A stretch of 64,000 nt of DNA, taken from assembly GCA_977016875.1 (NCBI GenBank), contig CDRNST010000049.1, forward strand, positions 3,968,001 through 4,032,000, written 5' to 3'. A model generated the notes under the pieces. That model saw only the letters and a program-made list of their open reading frames with translations, ran no database searches and was not told the DNA's origin. Shown here piece after piece: positions 13,674 through 25,400 of the stretch; position 1 is the stretch's first letter, and each line of letters opens with the position of its first letter. The stretch is from Pavona decussata (lineage: Eukaryota). The translations under genes and the position numbers were made by a program.

Positions 13674-13833
13674 AGTGGAGTGGAAAGAGACTAGACTACG
13701 AGCAGTGCCTTATTTGTGGAATTTTTGCGCGCACTCACGCGGCTCGCTCGCTTTACTAGCGCTAAGGAAAATAAGAGACTGCTCGTATTTTAATTGGACG
13801 CTTAGATTGTGGCCTGCAGTAACTGCCCTTTAA

Positions 13834-14496
13834 AGCCCTGGTCAAACGGCGCATGATAGTCGATGATAACTGATGATAACCAAAACTATCATCAACTTAT
13901 TATCAACTATCAAGCGGGTGGTCAAACGGCTCAAAGAAACTCGTGATAGCTGACGATAGTTTACCGTGAGCCTCTAGTGTCAGGCACCTGCCGAGTGTCA
14001 ATATCGCAAACAAAACTTCCCAGGGATGAATTTTTCGCGGCGAAAGAAAGCAGCTGCCTGCTTCGTTTTCCTTCAGTTGTTGGAAGAAGTAACTGAAAAT
14101 TAATCTTGAGAGCGCTGGTGGAGAAAACAGCTGACCGAAGAACTATCGTCAACTATCATGCGCGTGGTCAAATGGGGAAAACTATCATCAACTATCATAA
14201 AGAATTTGAACACGCTCAAAGTGAATGATAGTTGATAATAGTCGATGATAGCGCACGACAGTTGGTGGTCAAACGAGCGCGCGTGCTTTAACTATCATCA
14301 ACTATCATGCGCGTGTTCAAACGGGGAAAACTATCATCAACTATCATGAAGAATTTGAACACGCTCAAAGTGAATGATAGTTGATAATAGTCGATGATAG
14401 CGCATGATAGTTGGTGGTCAAACGAGCGCGCACGCTTTAACTATCATCGACTATCATCAACTATCATTGACTATCATGCGCCGTTTGACCAGGGCT
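13834..14496. mobile_element. PIF/Harbinger-type MITE with internal tandem palindromic units, downstream of the DDHD1 stop
   Basis: TIR AGCCCTGGTCAAACGGCGCATGATAGTC / GACTATCATGCGCCGTTTGACCAGGGCT, TAA TSD on both sides, and a ~155-bp unit duplicated at ~14145-14455. Confidence 0.88.
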
Positions 14497-14896
14497 TAAA
14501 GGGACAGTATCACGCTATTTTTAGTAACACACTGAAAATCGAAAGACGCTATTTGGTTGATAGCAGCCAAGATATAATGACCAAAATTCCATTAAAAGAC
14601 TATCAGAATACAAAGAAACTATCCACGGATATTTTCGCTGGCAGATGACCAAAATAAAAATGGGTTCAAATTTGAAAAAGTCGGGGCGACGTTTTCAATT
14701 TTTGCTGTCGTAACGCACTAAAAATCGGTTGTACTATATTTTGGTTCAACCTTTCGTCTCAGTAGAATCACTATTAACTTTTCGATTTAGATTTAGAAAG
14801 CGATTTAGAAATTAACTGTAACACAGTGTTCAAGAGTTTAAATTTAGTCAATTTTTGCCCAAAATCATGATATCTCCCATGATGCTACCCCTTTAA
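14496..14896. mobile_element. TTAA-flanked MITE
   Basis: TTAAAGGGACAGTATCAC ... ATGATGCTACCCCTTTAA imperfect TIRs. Confidence 0.55.
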
Positions 14897-16223
14897 TGTG
14901 TTCCGTTTATGAATATCATCATCATCGTCATTATCATTGATCCACACAAGCCAAGCCGCAGAACGGACTCCAATTAAAAAAAAAAACAATTTATTTTGCG
15001 TTGTTTTGTGGTCAAACAAGCTGCAGGCCAGTGTTTCCATGCTGTTTTGACCAGGTTAGATAATTGACCATGTGGATCCCAAAACTTGGCGACCAAAGGA
15101 AATTGTCTTGATGACTAAATACTCCCTGCTTGTTTTAAAAGTAATGGAGGGAAGCCATTTTTTATCTAAATGATTGGACTGAAAGGTTTAATGTCAAGGT
15201 TCCATTGCTTCTTCGTGAAGTTGTGTTGTTTTTTCAGTGAGTTTCACAGGGGAACATGTCGTTGTGGAATCTTTATTTATTTTTTAGCATTAAAGGGTGA
15301 CATTTATGTTCAGTCGTAGTCAGTGGTATTTTCAAAGGCTCATTTTTGCTGAAAATAAATTGATTACAGTGAATGAATGCAAGTAATTTAAGTTCTAAAT
15401 GAGCGCCACTTTTTTGGAGCCTTAAGTTGTGTTGGAATTAATTGTCGACAAGAAATGAACTAAGAGACGGGATCCTGCCAATCATGGAAACAGCCAATCA
15501 TGTTACAATTTGCTAACACGTGACCCAGAGGGTTAGTGTGAACAGTTAGCAACCTTCTTTAAAGTGAAATACAGTATGAATTGATGGTGACAGCGCAATG
15601 TGGCTGTCAAATGTTTAATGTGTTGATGTGATTATTATGAAGCGCTGACACCTGAAAAATGTCAGAGCTAAAAACAGTTTTCACTTCTGTCGAGTTTGTC
15701 TATCCTATGGAATAGTGACGTCACACAACGGCCTCCGCACGAGAAACACACTAAAAACATGCACTAACTATTATAATCTAAAAAAATAGCTCGAGGTGAT
15801 TTCTGCCGGGTTACATGATGTGTTTTCCTTCTCTTAGTTCATTTTCTCTCACGACTATCGCAAATTATTCAAAATAGACTATTTATAAACTCCTAAAAAT
15901 AAATAAATATTGTTTAAGTACACCGCAAGATTTTATAAGTGAAAAGCTGGGAAGTATTTTTCTTTCCAGTTTTAACAGAATGATTCAATAAATATATTGT
16001 ACACGGCATTCTTTTGGTTGAAATGCTTTCTTTCTGTCTAATAAATCCCTATCCCGATGACGTCACCATGCTGTATGCGCATGGAGTCGAGGTTTTGGCC
16101 AGTTGTCCAGCTTCGTTGTGGTTTCTGGGTATTTTTATCTCAGTCTTCGCTTTGGTTCCGGAGTATTATCTTCTGCTATGGTTTCTGTTTTTTTTCTTGC
16201 GATGTTTATCTTTCCATTGTATG

Positions 16224-17840
16224 CTAACATGCAGGTGAATTTCCGGGCGTATGTTGTCGATTTCTATCACAAAGCATTACAGTAAAGTATATCGACTTGT
16301 GTGTATGTGAAGTTTTTAAAGCGTTTTTCGGAGCACCGTTTCTCTTGAGCGCAAGAAACATCCTTTCTTTTTTCCTTCTGTGACTTCTTTCAGACCAGAA
16401 CACCGTGAATCCATTTGGACGCAGTTCTTGAACAAGCACTGTCTCTGGCTTGTGACTCTTCTGGTGATCAACAACAAAACAACCATCATGAGCCTCGATT
16501 ATACACGGGCGTGAGCTTAACTACAGACATTCATGGTGCATGGACGGCAACTGGAGGTTGAATTGTTTTCCTTTTGTTACTTTTTGATGTCATGGTATCT
16601 GTACGTGTAAAGGAAAACCACAGGGCACCAAACCACAGGACACCAATCCTCACTTATGTCCAGAAATGCACGTAACCCTGAATTTGGGTACTTCATATAA
16701 AACAGGCCTTTTTGTCGTTTTCATATGACTTCATGTTTGACAGAATTATGTGTGTTTTAGTGAGAATTAAGGTTAGGGGACACCTTGCGAAGTGTATGCA
16801 TACAGTTCATGAATCTCATGCCACAGTTCACTTCCGGTCACCGTCTGACTCGCGAACATTGTGTGTCTAAGTTCCTTATTGAGTAGATCGGATGGAATAA
16901 TCAGAGCCTCTGGTAGAGTCAGAACCTGTTGATACGGAAACCATTCAGAGACAACAGTCCGTAACTTGAACAGGAAGAGCTCTGTATTTTGCTAGAATTT
17001 TGGTCTCCTGAATACGGACTGAACTGTCCGTTCTTGGAAACTTTTGCCTTGTTTACTTCGTTTGTCGCGACTTATTGCTATTACTGAATAGTGAAAACAT
17101 GCACCCAATAACGGCCTATTGTTTTTAATTTGTGCACGCTTGAGGGAAGAGCAAATTTTGACAGTCACTTACCGATGTGGTGTAAACTTTGCCAGATTTA
17201 CTGATGGCTACATAGAGTCCTGACATGACGTGTTGTATTCTTATCAAACCCGGACCACAAGACTGAAGCTCGAACAAACCTGAAAAGGAATTATTGGGAG
17301 ATACGCATTAAGTTTGCGATGAAGATAAGGTTATTGGGTGTTCAGATCAGATGCTCAAAGAGGCTTGTGGCGGGCTAAGGGTTCATGTGTAGCATGTGTC
17401 CTGGCATACCGTTTGGTTCTTTACTGAGTAGTACTGCTAATAAAGCACTATTCATTTGAACCTCGGGTATCCCAAATTATAGCGAGATTAGGTGTATGCA
17501 GACAGTAACCCTTATCTTGGCTGACTATCAGTTACTTACATCGATTTGTTTCTTGGCAGTAAGTATCATTCACTCCATGCAGTGAACCATTAAACTTCAC
17601 CGCCAGATGGAATCTTAATTTACTCCACACATGGGCAAATCTTCTGTATGTTGGTGGTACTCCGCGTTGGTCGCAGTTTCCTCTTGTTTTTAGGTGCGTT
17701 GTTATCTTGTATCTTCTCATCGGCTTATTGTTTCCTCGGAGTTTTGTTCTGATGCTTGGACGAGCGCTGGATAGTCTCGTCATTACAACAACCATGAACG
17801 CACATAAAAGTATCTGGCAGAACAAAATAAACAATAACAT
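16224..17840 (-). CDS. Secreted fibroblast growth factor (FGF family ligand), 3 coding exons, 214 aa
   Basis: Exons 17840-17540, 17279-17173 (107 nt), 16460-16224; GT-AG with phase 1 then phase 0, as in canonical FGF genes. Hydrophobic signal peptide (MLLFILFCQILLCAFMVVVM), then beta-trefoil-like RRFAHVWSKLRFHLAVKFNGSLHG / LFELQSCGPGLIRIQHVMSGLYVAISKSGKVY / ETVLVQELRPNGFTVFWS..MFLALKRNGAPK..KSIYF. Subfamily not assignable by eye. Confidence 0.9.
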
Positions 17841-19319
17841 GAATTGCTTTCATTCAGCGAAGAAACAGTTTTGGGAGAATGGTCAACATCTACCCATCTG
17901 GAACCAAAGGAATCTTTTTTTTATTTTCGTCGGTTTTTCTACAAGAGAGAGAGAGAGAGAGCTAGAACCTAGGTGGTGAGGATGCGGCCAATGATCATTA
18001 CTGCTAGGTTTAATATTACTTCAGTTGGTGCTTTAATACTTTTAAAGTTGTTATTGTTGTTATTGTTGAATGTCAAGTTGATGGGCGAAGCACTGAGGTT
18101 AAAAGACGAGAAATTTTCCATCCTCCAACACAGTCAATTTGGACTCTTAACTTTTTCCTCTAGAGCCAGGGTTACTATTTGATTCCTGTCCCGTAGCCTT
18201 TGACTGCGCCCCCCCCCCCCCCCCCCGATTTTCCGGTCATAAATCTCAAACTTCGTTCCTTGAGTATGCCCAAGATTGTAAGGATCAAATACCTCAGCAT
18301 TCTGGCGCGCGCACGTTTTGTACATTGGTGGTAGTTGGTGAACATGTACAACGCAGTGTTGTAAAAACATGGATATCACCATTACAAGAATAGAAACCTG
18401 CTCATTATTAGTACAGAAGGATTGGAACAGCTATCTTCACTTGACAATGGTAAACGCGTCTTTTGAGTCACGTGTCCATTCAGCCGACGTCACCGCTCAT
18501 TCATAAGAATAGACCTTTTATTCAAATTCTGAAAGAATTTTCACGGAAAACAACGTAGCGTTGTCGATTGTTCCATGTCCATTTTGCTTTTTCAGGCTGG
18601 TGATAAGCCAACTGTTTTAAGACAATCAACGGTTTGTCAAAACCGTCTGATAATTGTACATGGCACAAAAATATGCTAGTCACTTGACACTAAGATGTGA
18701 ACTAGATCTGAAAATATGTGTTAGTTCCTTTCTTTTATGGTTTTGTGTTTTTCTAGATACCCAGGAAAAATAACTTTTCTCCGGCCACACACCGAAGCTT
18801 GACGCCCTTCGGGTTAGCACCAATGAATAGCCAATCAGAAACTTTTTTGAAGCTCGTTTTTCCTTTAATTTAAGAAAAACATCAAATTATCCAGGACGTA
18901 TCGAAACGGTGGCAACTGACCATTATTGGAGTAACTTGTTACTCGGTCTACACTACTTGCAATGGAGAACAACAAATGTTTGCCCAAGTTCGTCCAGACG
19001 GATAATATGCCCTCTAGAATAAAAACGGCCATTCAGTGACTATATTCGACCCAGGAATTTGCAAACACTATATTATATCGTTTAACGACAGCAAGCTAAC
19101 GGTAACAAAGAGATTGATTTGCGTGCAAGAATGAACAATACAAGCCAAATGCTAAAAGATTTTTCAGTTTGAATTTCTGCGTTAAAAACCCACTTCTTCA
19201 AGTTTATATCTAGCCGTGGCTCGTGGCTAATTGAAATTCTTCCTTGATGGTCCTTTAAGTTTTTCAAGAGAAATCAGTTATTTGCTAAATTCAGTTAATT
19301 TTTTGATTACAGTACTTAC

Positions 19320-19453
19320 CATTTTACACCCCATTTGGCTGGTTGATTCCTGACTGACAGCCTTCAGTCGTGGTTCAGTTGCTGTTTTAGCAGTTGCTTA
19401 AGCCTGTTGGCGGCGTAAGCTGACTTGATTTATTCGCTCTCGGTATTTTATAC
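19320..19453 (-). promoter_or_regulatory. Putative TATA promoter and non-coding first exon of the FGF gene
   Basis: Minus strand GTATAAAA at ~19446-19453, Inr-like TCAG ~30 nt downstream, strong donor ATG|GTAAGT at 19320. A matching acceptor (TTGGTTCCAG|) at 17897 lies 57 nt before the FGF ATG. Confidence 0.45.
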
Positions 19454-20668
19454 ACTGTTCCATTACTTCATCAGGGTGTAACTGCACTTTTGTTCTTTTC
19501 CTGCTGGAAAGAAAGGAAAACATTTAAGATATTTCAATGTCATTATGCGTGTGCTTTCAGTTGTTACCCCGTGGGATGTTATTCGCGTCGTGTTTGCTGC
19601 GGTATCCCGGTTTTTTTAAACCTTATAAAGAACACTTCAAATATTTTCCTGCGCCGCAAAGCGAAGTTTTCATTGTAGTTTACTGTGTCTGTGAAATCAA
19701 AGCTTTGTTGTTGATCCACCCATGTATTTCACGGTCTGACGAACACGTTGAAGCCATCAGCGCTCTGTTTACATTTCACAGTTTACAAATATCAACACAA
19801 CATTAAGTAAGTACAACTTTGTCAATCCAGAGAAAAACAACCTTCATTGCAACCAACTTAATCAGTTAGATCAATAGTTTGAGTTTGCGTTACTTGACAA
19901 ACTGAAACAAGTAGTACAGATAATTAATTATGACCATTATTAGTCTATTAGCGTTTTCGTCAATAGGTGACTAAACACTCATTTCCTCCATGTACATTTT
20001 TCTTACATTACTAACTTCTGCGTCTTTATCTCACCCATCCACTTTATAAATAAGAGAAAGCAGCTTGGTTTTGTTGAATCCGCTCACATAAAAGATGAGC
20101 CGATCAAAGCATTCCACTGTTTGTCCGATTATAAACTCCGTCATCAGTCCATAAGCAGCCGGCAGCCTTTGACTGACCGCATATCAAGACATGCTCGCCA
20201 GTCAAACAGCGAAATGTTAAGGAATGGCGGTACACCGGCGTGAAATGGCGACCGGATGTTGATGATGACAATATAACGCTTCTGCGGTAAACAAATTATT
20301 GGTTTTGCATTGTTGATATTAGAGGATTAAACACGTTAGCTCTGTGTGTGCTACCGCCATCGTGTTTGATGTTGTACAATAGTAGCGGCCTTAATGGACA
20401 CTGAATCGCTGGCCGCTGTAGGAAAGTGGTAATTTCGTGGTAAAGCCATTGTATGTACATTATACAACTGGATTGATTGTCGGTAATCCACACGAGCGGG
20501 CAGTCTTTGAGCATTTTAATGAATGGATTCTTTAGCTTTTAGCGAAAACGGTTGGTTGCGGTCTCTTCAGCAAACAAACTGATATCCGACGGAGAAAAGT
20601 TACAGTCAAGTATAACGGATTGGAAGCGGCATTTGAATGGAAAAAAAATAATAATGAATACTGGGTTT

Positions 20669-20989
20669 AAGGCGCTCTTGCACTAGGCAATTGTTCTTGC
20701 AACTTCTCTCGCAATTTCGTTGAGCCGTTGCGACACAAGTTGTACGGAACGTTGCGCACTGTGACATACCTCGCATTGAACATCCCTCGCAATGTTTTTG
20801 TTGCAGTCACCATTGCATGAAGTAGAACCGATTTCTACTTTTCGCAACAGTTGCGGCAACAAAAAAATTATTACGAGACATTTCATTTCATGTCATGTTC
20901 AAAACACTTGGCAACGATTCGTGCAAATTGTATCACAGCAAATTTGCGAGACAAGTTACAAGAAAAATTGACTAGTGTAACAGCGCCTT
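20669..20989. mobile_element. MITE (Harbinger-like)
   Basis: AAGGCGCTCTTGCACTAGGCAATT ... AATTGACTAGTGTAACAGCGCCTT. Confidence 0.7.
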
Positions 20990-22291
20990 TTATGCAACTA
21001 TACTAAATGACCCAGGAGTCGATAAATATGTCTTATTTACTTTTAAACAACGTTTTGTCTCAGAAAAAAAATATTTAAGTTGAAAATGTGACTGTACCAT
21101 ATTTATGGAATGAGGCGGGGAAGTGAAGAAAACGAAAGTACAATATCTATTGATGACGTTAGAAAAATGCGAAATAGCACTTCCTTGAATACCAAAAAAT
21201 CTTATGTACCAATAATCAAGTGATATTTAGCTAGATACGTCATTCGGCCATTTTACGGGATTTATTTTAATCCGGAAATACTTTTTATACCCCCTCCGAG
21301 GGTATTTACTACAAATATTTGGATAGTCTGTAAATCATTTGAAACCAGTCCCGTGTGAACATAGCCTAAATCAAGAAAATCTTGCCGGACTAACACTTGG
21401 TGGTTTACAACTGATTATCAAACGCAGCAAAAACAGCATCTGTTTTAGCGCTAAATAAGAAAATTCAACAGCAAAGTAATTATCGGTCTGACCTTTGATT
21501 TATGTTCACCGTTCAATGTTATCTTTTTCTTTTGCAATATCACTTTAACGTTCATCACTCTCCATAGCACACCAGTGCAGCAGATCAGTTTTGTCAGTCT
21601 GGAGTCTGTTCTCTGGTGAGGCATGATGATTCCCTTCACATTACCAGCACAGGCCGGTGCATATATATCGAGGCACCAAAGAGTCTTGATTGAAATTAAT
21701 TTGAATTGAGTTTCAGTTTAGTTCCAGCATACTTTTTTTTTTTTTTCAACTTACTCAACGTGATGTTCATACTCAAGTCAATACGTCGCTGGTTCCCATG
21801 TGGGAGTCTGCAAACGACTTGTCTTCTGCTTGTAAAAAATCAGTAAAATGTTGTTCATGTGTAAGCGTGATCCTCTTGAGTTTGTGGTTTGATCTTAGTA
21901 ATTTGAATACTGTGAGAAACAGACAGGATATTAAACCATACTCCAGTGTACGTTCTTCCTGAGGTCGCGGGCAAAAGGGCGGACAGCGTCTACATCTTAA
22001 CATACAACTTAAGAACGTTTTCACATGTCTTTCTGGAGCCCCTGAAAATAAGTAATCTCGGTGCAATCTCTGAGGTTCTATTAGCTAGGGGCCCCCAACG
22101 AGAAGGAAAAAGTAAAACACTTCAAATGGTTTGTCCTGTGTTCGTTCCCAGATTGTTTGGTGAAGACGTTTGTGTAAGGTAATCTGACACACTGGCCTGT
22201 TCCAACAAAAAAACTTTCAGGAAACGGAAATTTATGTCCAAAATTTATGAGCTCTTGCGGTTGGCTTTTAGGAAATGCTAGCTGACCTAAC

Positions 22292-22446
22292 TTCGCATTT
22301 TTATCGAGATATTTGGTACACCGAAAACGAAAGGAATTAGTTTTGCAGTGTTATGAAATTTTGTGCTGACATTTTGCTAAAAAAAGCCTTAAATTTTTGA
22401 AACTTAATTCGAATTTCTGAGGCGATATATGCATCCGAAGAGATTT
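22292..22446 (+). repeat. Dispersed repeat family, copy 1 of 3 (others ~35618-35745, ~50618-50748)
   Basis: Shared GCATTT.TA.CGAGATATTT(T)G....CCGAAA.CGAAA.GA.TTAGT ... CGAATTTCT. Confidence 0.75.
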
Positions 22447-25400
22447 GGGTGGTCCTGATTAGCTAGCTGGATTAAGATAAGAAAAAGACTGGACACGAGG
22501 TGACGAAATAAGTGGAGTGGATTCATTAAAATGTGTTTTAGCGGAAATGTTTCCCTGATGTCTGTGTATAAAATAACTAGTTCACATACTTTCAACTCGC
22601 TCATGACGCCATATCACTAATATCATGGAATAATTGTTTTTGATTAATTTCGCTTTTCGCTGGATCCTCTTGGGTGGCCAGTCAAGAAAAGTCAATATTT
22701 TGTTTTTGTTTCTGTTATCTGAGTAGTATTTTATCTTAATTCTCTTAATTGCGTTAACTCAGTTCAAACTTATCATTGGATGGAGAAATACAAAATTGAC
22801 CTTGCTTCTTCAGGCATTGAGGGCCAGTTTCATTAAAAAGTCAACTTTCCGAAAACGTTTCCCTTCTCTTCCTATTGTTGTCTTCTCCGATACCCGTGCT
22901 GTTTACTGTCCCATGGAGGTACCCACTCTATCTGGCGATATCCCAAGAGGTACGATTTGGAGTTGTTTTGTGCTGAAAACAGGTTTATAAGGTTTATAAG
23001 GTCAAAAATTGGACATGTTTTCGCTTCTAAAATAAAACAGATTAAAGCCCATTACGATTAAAGGGTCAAGCCTGAAACTTGTAGAGAAAATCGCGTAGTT
23101 TCGGTTGAAATGGGTAAGAGAAGTGGGCTGTACACCTCCGATCAGAAATTTCGAGGAACATTCCAACCCACCCGTCTGGTTTGGAGTTATCAGTCAGATG
23201 CACCAGGTCAAGTCGAGAACAAGTTGTTAGCCGTGATCAATCAGTATGTAAACTGGTTTACAGTTTATGATATGATATATCATATCTATGATATCAATAG
23301 GTGGCTCACTGCACAACTCAAACATGTGAAACGTGTTCTAATTTTGCTGTGATTTAAATCGAACTGCTACAAAGTTTAAACATAAGTTATTTAAATACAA
23401 AGGTTATTGCCAAAAAAAACGATAGGTTAGGTGTTGGTAAGCGTGTTAAAGAAAATTGTGTAACGCGGTATTGTTTTGTTCTCGGGTATGAAACGGTGAC
23501 GGTACTTCTGTTGTACATTCGTCGTCAAATGAATAAGACATCATTCTCGAATTTTCACGTGTTTAAAAGATTCCAAGCTGGAAAATTTTAACTGTAGGTA
23601 TCTCTAACACACATGATGGATTTTATACTTTGGAGACATTTAAATTATTGAATTTAAACTTGTGAAGTGATTTTGTGCTGAAAGGTATTCCGCGCGCGCA
23701 GTGCCGACTATATATAAACATAGCTAAACTCTCACGCTACTTGCTCTTTTAAAAACAACTGTAACTAGCTAACAAAACGAAATCGTTTGCGAATATTTAA
23801 ACAGATGCAGATCACATACCTGGGCTTTGATAAGCACTGGCATCAGTGTTCAATCGGAGTTCAATGTCACAGGAAGGGAATATCAATATTGTAAATTTAT
23901 TTTTAAATCATATGCCAAACATATGCTAAGCTTCAATCAAGATCTCATTACTTAGAGGGTGACAAAAGATTTACCTCATTCGTATCGGCTAAAATCTAAC
24001 CGCTATCTACTGACCACTTCTAGCATAAGTTAAAATAGCGGAAACTAGTTTTTTATGTATTCCTCGTTCAATATGTCAACAGACGGAAAACTCCCCCCAC
24101 TCCTCCCTCCGACATACTGGACACTACCATCATAAGAAAACGCTTAGTTTTAAGGTTTCTGCAGCATAAAATTACGGTAGCGCGTGTCAACGTTTGCGAT
24201 AACAGTTATAATAATAAATGAGCCGAAATGGAATGTTTCCAAACCTACTTAAAGTTCTGCAAACATTCGCTGGTGTTAAATAACTTATGGAACAAAGAAA
24301 TGAAAGAAAAGTCTTTTATTATAAGTTATATTTATCAGATTGATTGCGATCCGTATGTCGTTAGGTGATTCACTGCACATTGCACGATACCTTGTGCCAC
24401 AGGTGGATGTCATTGCCATTAACCCATGCACACGCACGCCTTATTTATGTTATTCACTATATCTATCTTCCGTGCAAACAACAATAATTTCGGCAAAATA
24501 AATGACTTCGGGATTTAAGTTGTTAAAACAATACCGGGACATCCTACTGAAATGTCGATTTTTTTAATAAGAAAGTATAAAAAAGTGAACTTAATATTGG
24601 TTTACCACTTCTTAAATAAAATTGGTGGAAGCTGGTCATCCATTGCGCTTGTTAGATAAGCGAAACGTAAGTTTATAGAAACAACCTAGCCTTTTTCTGC
24701 AAACGTTTGGTCCACTAGTTGTTGCAACATTAAGCAATGTACGATTAAACGAGACGCCCGCGCACTGAGCGAGCCCTGCGCCAATCCGACTGACTGATGC
24801 GATATGCAGACTTCACAATGACACCTTGAAGAGAAATCGTACGCTGAGGTGTCCGTTTCCATCACAAAGCGTATCTCTGTTTACGATTGTGTAACTGATC
24901 CTCTATGAAAACAACCTACGGCGCTAAACACATGGTAAGTTCCCCATGCACTGTTTCTTTTTAAAAGGTTCCGATCAAATAAATTTTTCTACACTTAAGT
25001 GGAGACCAAAAAAAAAAAAAAGAAAAAAAAAAATTCCATAATGGAGGTTAAACAATTTTTTTGACCCTGATTTTTACATCAGAATTGTTATCTTTACCGC
25101 GCTTAGTGCTTCACTGTTGATCAAGTAATGGAAGTTGGGTCATTGCCAAACTGCAAAGGCAAAAGCTAGTACATAACATGCTCACATCTTTTGGCGTTTC
25201 CAAGGATGACGTTTATGTACACACAGAATTCTTTTCCGCTGTCCAAAGTCTAGTGCGTTCTGCAGCTACGTGGGAGAACTAAACACATCTCAATGCACGT
25301 CCATCGTGTCACACTTTCCAGAGCTTAAGTCATTATTGATGCATTGGCATGAATAAATCATCTTTCTGTTCTAAAGCAATCTAATTGTACTTTATCAAAA

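Noticed and set aside
13834-14496. Regularly repeated GGTCAAAC and CTATCATCAACTATCA units resembling a CRISPR array
   Set aside because: Eukaryotic context; the 'spacers' are themselves repeats; bounded by TIRs and a TAA TSD; no cas genes.
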